12,337 nt of DNA from Candidatus Vampirococcus lugosii (lineage in GTDB: Bacteria; Patescibacteriota; Gracilibacteria; Absconditabacterales; Absconditicoccaceae), in contig NZ_JAEDAM010000028.1 of NCBI RefSeq assembly GCF_018420025.1, positions 1 to 12,337 on the forward strand. The letters are read 5' to 3'. Below are positions 1 through 7,603 of the stretch, piece by piece. Made by a program: the position numbers and the translations under genes. The notes under the pieces were generated by a model, which saw only the letters and a list, made by a program, of their open reading frames with translations, was not told the DNA's origin and did no database searches. Positions within the stretch are counted from its first letter, which is position 1. Every line of letters starts with the position of its first letter.

Positions 1-10
1 TAAAATGTAT

Positions 11-1606
<1,596 letters not shown>

Positions 1607-1695
1607 ATTAATTTTGATTATGTTAATTTTGTTAAATAAAAAATAGTAACTATATTTTTTTTTCAAAAAGAAAAAATATTACCAAAAACATTTGC

Positions 1696-1723
1696 ATTAT
1701 AATCTTTTATTTATTAATTTCAA
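1696..1723 (-). promoter_or_regulatory. Candidate sigma70-type promoter for the helicase gene (TTGAAA-N16-TATAAT on the minus strand)
   Basis: The plus strand reads attata at 1696-1701 and tttcaa at 1718-1723, separated by a 16-nt spacer. It lies about 90 nt upstream of the ATG at 1606. Such hexamers arise easily by chance in DNA this AT-rich. Confidence 0.25.
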
Positions 1724-1904
1724 TAGAGAATTACAGACATTATGTAACAAAAACATTAAAATATAAACAAAAAACAGAGATATCAGTAATATTATACTGA
1801 CAAATTTAAAATTGCCAACACACAATTATTAAAAAATCTCTTGTATTTTAAATATTTAATAATTACTAACTATTAATTAGTTTACTTAATTAAATTAATA
1901 AAAT

Positions 1905-2270
1905 ATGGAAGAAGAAAAAAATACAAATAATTGAACAGATAGCGAAAATATTAAACTTTGATGAATTTTATTTTTTGTATGAAATATATTTTGATTATGG
2001 TGAATAATTTTGGCAGTAGTATATTACATAACGAAACAAAAAGAGTTATCAAAAAAAGATGTAGAAGCTTTTTATGGAATGTTTAATTTTTTCATATCTT
2101 ATTTAATATATTCAATTATATGAATAATATTAATATTTGTTATGGTATGATTATTTATATTAATAATAATATTCATTCTTTGATTTATTTTTTCAATTAT
2201 ATGATTAATAAAACACTTAAAATGAGAATCATACCACTACCCTTTGAGTATAAGATTTCTTAAAGTTTAA
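1905..2270 (+). CDS. Small integral membrane protein, DUF4870/COG3296 (Tic20-related)-like, 121 aa
   Basis: The frame runs from ATG 1905 to TAA 2268-2270 and contains 11 in-frame TGA read as Gly. The product has hydrophobic segments (GGILFFVGNIFGLWGIILAVVYY, FNFFISYLIYSIIGIILIFVMVGLFILIIIFILGFIFSIIG). Its C-terminal KGESYHYPLSIRF resembles the tail of that family. The family assignment is from memory, not from a search. Confidence 0.6.
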
Positions 2271-2280
2271 ATTTATCTTA

Positions 2281-2316
2281 TCTAAACACTATATTTATTC
2301 TAAACACTATATTTAT
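2281..2316. repeat. Exact 18-bp tandem duplication (tctaaacactatatttat x2) in a convergent intergenic gap
   Basis: Positions 2281-2298 and 2299-2316 are identical. A degenerate third copy (atacacttaaatttat) sits at about 2324-2339. The repeat lies between the stop codons at 2268-2270 (+) and 2350-2352 (-). Confidence 0.9.
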
Positions 2317-2349
2317 AACTTTAATACACTTAAATTTATTAAAGAACCT

Positions 2350-2886
2350 TTATGTTAAATTAACAAACTTATCCAGAACTAATCAAGATTTATTACCATT
2401 TTTTATTTTATCAGTAAATAATATTCAGTTTAAGTGATCAACTTCATGTTGAACTATTCTAGCATCTATACCTGCAAATTGTTTTTTTATCAATTTTCAT
2501 TTTGGATTATAAAAAGAAACATTAATTTTGTCACTTCTAGTAACTATTCATTCTATTCAAGGAAGAGATAAACATCATTCTATATCATCATTTTTTGAAC
2601 TTGAAAACTTTGTAATTATTGGATTAATTAATATTAAATCTTCAATAAAAGTTCGTTTATCTCATCTTATATTCCATCTAGAAATAGCGACTACTCTTGT
2701 ATTCAATCAAATTTGAGGAGCTGATAAACCTACTCAATCATATATAAACATAAGTTTTTTTAATTCTGAACAAAATTTTGTTAATTCTTTATCAAAAGTT
2801 TCAACTTCATCAGATTTATTTCTAAGTATAGTATTATTTTTTCCTTTTTGTAGAGGATATTTTTTTATTAAAAAATTATTATTCAT
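2350..2886 (-). CDS. def: Peptide deformylase, 178 aa
   Basis: The frame runs from ATG 2886-2884 to TAA 2352-2350. All three signature motifs are present: GVGLSAPQIG, EGCLSLPG and QHEVDHLNG. Several motif glycines are TGA, for example 2575-2577 in EGC and 2425-2427 in HLNG. There are 9 TGA and 4 GGN glycine codons. Confidence 0.95.
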
Positions 2887-2905
2887 ACTTCAATATCAAA
2901 TTAAT

Positions 2906-2933
2906 ATTATAAATATATATATTTTTATATCAA
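2906..2933 (-). promoter_or_regulatory. Candidate promoter for def (TTGATA-N16-TATAAT, minus strand)
   Basis: The plus strand reads attata at 2906-2911 and tatcaa at 2928-2933 with a 16-nt spacer. It lies about 20 nt upstream of the def ATG. The AT-rich background makes chance matches likely. Confidence 0.3.
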
Positions 2934-3096
2934 AAAGTATATATCATTTTTTTAAATCATTTATAATACATTATTAATTCATTATCATAAGATTATTTTA
3001 ATATATATTATTAATATAATATATTAAGAATTTTAAAAAAAACTTATTATTTAATTTTTAGACATTTACCAAACATTTTACCCATATAATAAAAAA

Positions 3097-3169
3097 TGGG
3101 TCAGCAGGGATTCGAACCCTGGACCACCGGCTTAAAAGGCCGTTGCTCTACCAACTGAGCTACTGACCC
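3097..3169 (-). tRNA. tRNA-Lys, anticodon UUU, 73 nt, no encoded CCA
   Basis: The reverse complement folds as a cloverleaf. The acceptor stem is GGGTCAG/CTGACCC and the D arm is GCTC-AGTTGGTA-GAGC. The anticodon arm is ACGGC-CTTTTAA-GCCGG, with U33, anticodon TTT, A37 and one A.G mismatch at 27:43. The T arm is CAGGG-TTCGAAT-CCCTG and the discriminator is A. This is the only GC-rich island in the window. Confidence 0.93.
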
Positions 3170-3200
3170 ACAATATCCAATAACTAATTGGATAATATGT

Positions 3201-3228
3201 ATTATAATCATTTTAATAAAAAAATCAA
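3201..3228 (-). promoter_or_regulatory. Candidate promoter upstream of tRNA-Lys (TTGATT-N16-TATAAT, minus strand)
   Basis: The plus strand reads attata at 3201-3206 and aatcaa at 3223-3228 with a 16-nt spacer. The -10 element ends about 30 nt before the tRNA 5' end at 3169. Confidence 0.3.
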
Positions 3229-3246
3229 GATATTTTTCATTATTTT

Positions 3247-3441
3247 TTATATTTTTCACATTGCTGAAAGTTTTTTATAACAAGAAGAACATATTTTTAT
3301 TTTTACAACAAAACCATCAGCTAATCTTATTTTTTTATTAAATAAATTAACTTTAAATTTTCTTTTAGTAGCTCTATTTGAATGAGATCTATTATTTCCC
3401 ACAGCAGTTCATTTTCAACATACTTCACATATTCTAGCCAT
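3247..3441 (-). CDS. rpmB: 50S ribosomal protein bL28, 64 aa
   Basis: The frame runs from ATG 3441-3439 to TAA 3249-3247. The product is [34 protein letters not shown]..., which matches the bL28 N-terminal signature (MAR.C..CGK....GN.VSHSN..T.R.F.PNL). Two of the motif glycines are TGA. Confidence 0.92.
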
Positions 3442-3446
3442 ATTAT

Positions 3447-3465
3447 AAAAAATTTAATTTATAAA
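3447..3465 (-). promoter_or_regulatory. Conserved 19-nt AT-only leader element (coding strand TTTATAAATTAAATTTTTT), 5 nt upstream of the rpmB ATG
   Basis: Plus-strand aaaaaatttaatttataaa at 3447-3465 is identical to 4090-4108. Both copies sit in the same register relative to the downstream ATG. Confidence 0.45.
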
Positions 3466-3484
3466 TAATATATTTTTTTAATAT

Positions 3485-4084
3485 TTAATTTTGAATTTCT
3501 TCTTCACTTTCATCAAGTTCTTCTTCATCTTTTTCATCTTCTATTTCAACAACCGCAACAATTGGTAAATCAAATGAATCTTTTATACTAATTTTATTAT
3601 CTATCAACAAATCTTTAACAAAGATTCAATCTCATATAGATTCCATTTTTGATAAATCAACTGATATATTTTGAGGAAGATCATTTGGAAGACCTTCTAC
3701 TAATACTGAATCTTTCACTAACTCAATTTTTCATAATCATTGTTTTTCAACAGGTGCTTCTCAAACCAAAACAATAGACACTTCAGCTTCTGTTTTTTCA
3801 TCAGCTTTTACTGCATGAAAATCTACATGCAAAACTGAATTTTTAACAGGATCAACTTGGATATCATAAATAAGAACTAATTCATTAATTCAATCTCAAA
3901 CTAAATTAATAGGCATAGAATAACCTTTTTCTTCATAAATTTTAATAAATGGGAGTCTATCAAAAAATATAGAAACAGATTCAGATAAATGTTTACCATA
4001 AACTATTCAAGGTATTTTATCTTTTTTTCTATAAGATGAAAGAGATTTTCAAAAAACATTTCTATTGGATACTTCTAAATTCAT
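3485..4084 (-). CDS. rplY: 50S ribosomal protein bL25, long Ctc form, 199 aa
   Basis: The frame runs from ATG 4084-4082 to TAA 3487-3485, and I checked every codon for in-frame TAA/TAG. The N-terminus RNVFGKSLSSYRKKDKIPGIVYGK matches the bL25 pattern (GK...R.LR..G.IP.V.YG). It also has HVDFH, a second beta domain and an acidic C-terminal tail. Confidence 0.88.
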
Positions 4085-4089
4085 CGAAC

Positions 4090-4108
4090 AAAAAATTTAA
4101 TTTATAAA
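4090..4108 (-). promoter_or_regulatory. Second copy of the 19-nt AT-only leader element, 5 nt upstream of the rplY ATG
   Basis: This copy is identical to 3447-3465 and sits at the same distance from its start codon. Confidence 0.45.
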
Positions 4109-4119
4109 ATTATTTAAAA

Positions 4120-4500
4120 TTATTTTTCCAAAAGATTTACTCATTTATTTGATGGAGAAATAGATTTAAGTTTAGCTTGTTTTCATATTTTATTTCTCAA
4201 ATAATACAATTTAGATCTTCTTACTTTATATTGATCCAAAACTACTACTTTTTGAAATCAAGTATAAGATAGAGGATAAATTTTTTCTATAGTATTTCAA
4301 GTTGACTTTCATCTTATAGTAAAAGTTCAATCATGAAGTCACTTTCTTTTTACCTTCAAAATAACTCATTTAAATTTCCATATTCTTTTATTTGTACCCT
4401 CTCAAATTTGCTCACTCAACTCAATATATTGACCTGGTTTAAGATTCAAATTAGAATATCAACTCTCTTCACTTATTTTTTTTAATCTATCAAAATTCAT
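4120..4500 (-). CDS. rplS: 50S ribosomal protein bL19, 126 aa
   Basis: The frame runs from ATG 4500-4498 to TAA 4122-4120. The product contains ...IGEGTNKRIWKFKGVILKVKRKGLHDGTFTIRGKSTGNTIEKIYPLSYTGFQKVVVLDQYKVRRSKLYYLRNKIGKQAKLK. This matches bL19 along its whole length (EG.KERIQ.F.GV, TFTVRK, VRRAKLYYLR). Confidence 0.93.
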
Positions 4501-4532
4501 ATATAACTAATTTAAATTAATAAATATTTAAA

Positions 4533-4667
4533 CTATTTCCTCATAATTTGAGCTTTCCATTTTTTCTGTTGCTCAATTTGTCTTCTAATCTGCATTATAA
4601 CAACTTTTTCAACTCTACATAATGCCTTATTCATTTTTTTTCTTCAATTTGTTCTTAATCTACTCAT
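4533..4667 (-). CDS. 44-aa highly basic ORF, possibly a small or truncated ribosomal protein (weakly bS21-like); function unknown
   Basis: The frame runs from ATG 4667-4665 to TAG 4535-4533, and an upstream in-frame TAA at 4685-4683 fixes the start. The product is MSRLRTNGRKKMNKALCRVEKVVIMQIRRQIEQQKKWKAQIMRK. It is tightly packed between r-protein genes. NKALCRVEK faintly resembles the bS21 ALRRFKR core. Confidence 0.35.
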
Positions 4668-4685
4668 TTTAATACTTTTATTTTA

Positions 4686-4940
4686 CTAGAATAAATCTTT
4701 TAAATTTCTTTTTTCAGCAACACCTTTAACATAATCCATTGAAATTCAATACTTATTTAATTTATTGATAGATCTTTTTTTTGCATCTACAATCCACTTA
4801 GTTTCTCATTCATTTTTTTCTCTTTTCAATAAATTAATATAAGAATCAACAGATTTTGAATACTTACTTCATGATTTAGATCTTTGTCTATTTAAATTTT
4901 GCAAAACATGATTATACCTACCTCTCTTACAATTTCACAT
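4686..4940 (-). CDS. rpsT: 84-aa basic protein, probable 30S ribosomal protein bS20
   Basis: The frame runs from ATG 4940-4938 to TAG 4688-4686. Length, charge and position all fit bS20. There is loose similarity to the bS20 pattern: an N-terminal MGNCKRGR...NRQRSKSGSKYSKSV, and INKLNKYGIS compared with IDKAA.KGVIH. The similarity is weak and was judged by eye only. Confidence 0.5.
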
Positions 4941-4973
4941 AACTATTAAATAAATTAATTTACTAAAAATAAA

Positions 4974-5444
4974 CTACTTAACATATTTTGCTAAATATGC
5001 ATAAGCTTTATTAGCATCTGCCATTTTATGTGTATCCTCTTTTTTCTTAACTGCTGAACCTTGATTAGAATAAGCTGCCAACAATTCTTCAGCCAGAGAT
5101 TTATACATAGGAACTCATTTTTTAGCCCTAGAATAACTAAGTAACCATTTTGTAGAATAAAAAAACTTTTTTGAAGTTTTAACTTCAAGTGGAACTTGAT
5201 AAACAGCTCATCAAATTCTTTTTGACTTTATCATAACATTTGGAGATGCATTTTCTATAGCTACTTCCCAAACGGCATATGGATTCATATGTCAATTCTT
5301 CTTTATTTCATCTAATGCATCATAAAAAATCTTTCTAGCAACCGTCTTTTTTCAATCCTTCATAATATGATTTATAAACTTTTCAATTTTTGGATTAGTA
5401 GAAGGTATAGAAAATGGTGCACTTTTTTTAAATTTTGTAGACAT
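4974..5444 (-). CDS. rpsG: 30S ribosomal protein uS7, 156 aa
   Basis: The frame runs from ATG 5444-5442 to TAG 4976-4974. The product contains [14 protein letters not shown] (GG encoded as TGA TGA), KWLLSYSR and [21 protein letters not shown]. These are canonical uS7 motifs. Confidence 0.95.
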
Positions 5445-5477
5445 AAGTTTAAAAATAAATTACTAAATAAATCTAAT

Positions 5478-5894
5478 TTAATTTTTAGGTCTTTTTGCTC
5501 AATATTTAGACCTTGATGTTTTCCTATTTTCAACTCAAGATAAGTCATAAGCTCATCTAACTATATGATATTTAACTCAAGGCAAATCTTTTACTCTACC
5601 TCATCTAACTAAAACTACACTATGTTCTTGTAAAGAATGCTTTTCTCAAGGTATATAAGCTATAACTTCTTGACCATTTGACAATCTAACTTTAGCTATT
5701 TTTCTTTGTGCTGAATTAGGTTTTTTAGGAGATGCAACAGTAACCTTCACACATACTCCTCTCTTAAATGGAGAAGAATAAAAAGTTTTTTTTGTTCAAA
5801 CAACAGTATTTATACCATACTGAAAAGCAGGAGCTTTTGAAACATTTTTCTTACTTTTTCTTCATTTTCTAATAAGCTGATTCATAGTAGGCAT
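5478..5894 (-). CDS. rpsL: 30S ribosomal protein uS12, 138 aa, with an insertion near the N-terminus
   Basis: The frame runs from ATG 5894-5892 to TAA 5480-5478. The product contains [12 protein letters not shown]..., [66 protein letters not shown] and RSKYGAKRP. Several of the invariant glycines are TGA. Confidence 0.95.
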
Positions 5895-5979
5895 AATGAA
5901 AATATTTATTTATATTATAAAATACTCAATATCTAAACATATATAATTTAAATATACTATTTTTTGAGTAACAATTTAC

Positions 5980-6007
5980 ACTATAAATAATTTTAATAAA
6001 ATTTCAA
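5980..6007 (-). promoter_or_regulatory. Candidate promoter for the rpsL-led gene run (TTGAAA-N16-TATAGT, minus strand)
   Basis: The plus strand reads actata at 5980-5985 and tttcaa at 6002-6007 with a 16-nt spacer. It lies about 85 nt upstream of the rpsL ATG. Confidence 0.3.
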
Positions 6008-6020
6008 GACCAATTTAATG

Positions 6021-6062
6021 TTTTTTTAAAAAATTAGTATATATATCAATTTTTTAAAAAAA
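6021..6062. repeat. 42-bp near-perfect AT palindrome (T7 A6 TT .. tatatata .. AA T6 A7)
   Basis: Position i pairs with position 12083-i. Nineteen of 21 pairs are complementary, with mismatches at 6036/6047 and 6037/6046. It lies in the 298-bp divergent gap between rpsL and trxA. Confidence 0.85.
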
Positions 6063-6135
6063 CTTAAAATTAATTTAATTTTTTATATAATTTATTAGTT
6101 GATTTGTATGGTATTTTTTTTATATATAATTCATT

Positions 6136-6157
6136 CTTACAATAAAAAAATTGTAAG
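6136..6157. repeat. Short inverted repeat or hairpin (cttacaat - aaaaaa - attgtaag)
   Basis: An 8-bp perfect stem (6136-6143 pairing with 6150-6157) flanks a 6-nt A loop. It sits 36 nt upstream of the trxA ATG. Its function is unknown. Confidence 0.6.
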
Positions 6158-6192
6158 TTTAATATTTTTAATTAATTAAATATATAATAATT

Positions 6193-6522
6193 ATGACTTG
6201 AATAAATCTTATAGAAGTTACAGATTCAGATTTTGAAGAAAAAGTATTAAAAAGTGAAGTTCCAGTAATAGTTGATTTTTGGGCTCCATGGTGTTGACCT
6301 TGTAAACAATTTGCTCCAGCTTTTGAAAATCTTTCATTGGAATATGCATGACAAGTTATATTCGCAAAAGTTAATGTTGATGAAAATCAAAAATATGCTT
6401 GAGAATTTGGTATTATGAGTATCCCTACTATTATAGTTTTCAAGGATGGAAACATATTTCAAAATCCTATAATAGGTGCAAATTTAGATTGAATAAGATC
6501 TCTACTTGATAATTTAAAATAA
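6193..6522 (+). CDS. trxA: Thioredoxin, 109 aa
   Basis: The frame runs from ATG 6193 to TAA 6520-6522. The active site [12 protein letters not shown] is present, with both Trp encoded by TGG and the active-site Gly by TGA (6295-6297). Further downstream are [14 protein letters not shown] and the rest of a typical thioredoxin fold sequence. There are 5 TGA and 3 GGN glycine codons. Confidence 0.93.
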
Positions 6523-6545
6523 ATTAGTATATACAATTATATAAT

Positions 6546-6586
6546 AAATAGTATATTAAAAAAGTAATTTTTATATACTATTTTTT
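6546..6586 (+). terminator. Candidate intrinsic terminator downstream of trxA (AT-rich hairpin plus T-run)
   Basis: The stem pairs aaatagtatat(t)aaaaa (6546-6562) with tttttatatactattt (6568-6583). That gives about 16 bp with one bulge and a loop around 6563-6567, running into a T-tract that ends at 6586. Only one G:C pair is present, so predicted stability is low. Confidence 0.4.
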
Positions 6587-6639
6587 GTCTTAAATTTATG
6601 TTTTTAGATTATTTTTATACTTAATAAATAAGAAAATAT

Positions 6640-7500
6640 ATGAAAAATATATTATATAATTCATTATCTAAACTTGATATAATATCTTGGACTGCTGTTA
6701 TTTTGTTTTTTACTTTATCTTCATTATTTTTATGATGAAATATTTTATATTCTTTTTGATGAGCTATTTTAATTATTGTTCTTATGTTTTTTGTATGATT
6801 TAGTATAGAACTTATGCTTGAAATTTTGAAAGATAAAAAATGAATATGAAAAATAAGTTGATTTATTACTAATTGACCTGAAGCTTTGGTAGTATTAATT
6901 TGATTAATAAGTTGAGATATTTTATTTGCATCTAGTACACCACTATGATCAAATATTATGAATCCATTATTATTAATTTTGGCTATTATTTTGTTTTGGA
7001 AAATTATAAATTTTAAAAAATTTTGATATAAATTATTTTTTACTATTTGATTTTTAATATTGGCATTACTTGCAATATCTTTTTTTGTAATCCCAGAAAA
7101 TTATTATATTTATTGGGCAATAATATGACTTGTTTTTAGTATATATTTTTTTAGCAAAAAATATGATAATCAAGATATACAACAAAAAGAAGATGAAGAA
7201 ACTTGAAATAAAATATCAAATATATATTTAGTATTAGCTTTTATTGTATTATTAATTAGTTGATATTATTTATGACCTGTATTGGAATTTACTTCCGAAG
7301 TATCTGCTGTTAGTAAATGAATTATTTGATTTTTTGTTCTTTCATTTCTTACTAGTTGGCCAGAGTTTAAATCTATAATTTCATTATTAAAAAGACAAAA
7401 AATTCTTGCATCATTTGAAAATATACTTGTATCAAGTATTACAAATATATGGCTTGCTATTATATGAATTGTTGTTTGAATAATTATTTGAATAATTTAA
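6640..7500 (+). CDS. Polytopic membrane protein of the Ca2+/cation antiporter (CaCA, Na_Ca_ex) type, divergent, 286 aa
   Basis: The frame runs from ATG 6640 to TAA 7498-7500. Two internal alpha-repeat-like segments are present. The first is GFITNGPEALVVLIGLISGDILFASSTPLGSNIMNPLLL and the second is GFFVLSFLTSWPEFKSIISLLKRQKILASFENILVSSITNIW. They resemble the G(T/S)S.PE...S......G..D.A.GN..GSN..N pattern. A charged loop (KKYDNQDIQQKEDEETGNK) separates them, and the protein has many hydrophobic helices. Confidence 0.65.
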
Positions 7501-7517
7501 TAAAAAAACAAAAAATT

Positions 7518-7541
7518 CTTGATTTAATCAAGGTTTTTTTT
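7518..7541 (+). terminator. Candidate rho-independent terminator after the membrane-protein gene
   Basis: The stem cttga(t)/(a)tcaag spans 7518-7532 with a small loop. It is preceded by an A-run (7511-7515) and followed by eight T (7534-7541). Confidence 0.6.
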
Positions 7542-7603
7542 ATATAAAGTATAATTATTTTTTACAAAATATATTATTTAATTAATAAATATTACAATTT
7601 ATA

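Noticed and set aside
2281-2339. Possible miniature CRISPR array or MITE with target-site duplication.
   Set aside because: There are only two directly abutting 18-bp copies and no spacers, so it is not a CRISPR array. No terminal inverted repeats or transposase are present. The flanking 10-bp A/T direct repeat has a chance probability of roughly several percent in this composition.
2528-2716. Track ORF on the plus strand (62 aa).
   Set aside because: It is antisense to peptide deformylase, spanning the EGCLS to GVGLSAPQIG region on the opposite strand.
3097-3169. Possible tRNA pseudogene, because of the A27.G43 mismatch and the absence of an encoded CCA.
   Set aside because: All other stems are perfect and the conserved elements U8, GG in the D loop, TTCGAAT, U33 and A37 are present. 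A 27:43 mismatch is common in functional tRNAs, and CCA is added post-transcriptionally in many bacteria.
4991-5188. Track ORF on the minus strand (65 aa, [16 protein letters not shown]...).
   Set aside because: It shares the strand of rpsG but is in a different frame (lowest coordinate mod 3 = 2, against 0 for rpsG). The uS7 frame gives a full-length canonical protein across this interval.
5895-6192. Replication origin, suggested by a long AT-rich gap at a point where gene orientation switches from minus to plus, with palindromes.
   Set aside because: I found no cluster of DnaA boxes; the best match to TTATNCACA is a single weak atttacact near 5974. There is no dnaA or dnaN nearby. The orientation switch is not clean, since a plus-strand gene lies at 1905 and a minus-strand gene at 9735.
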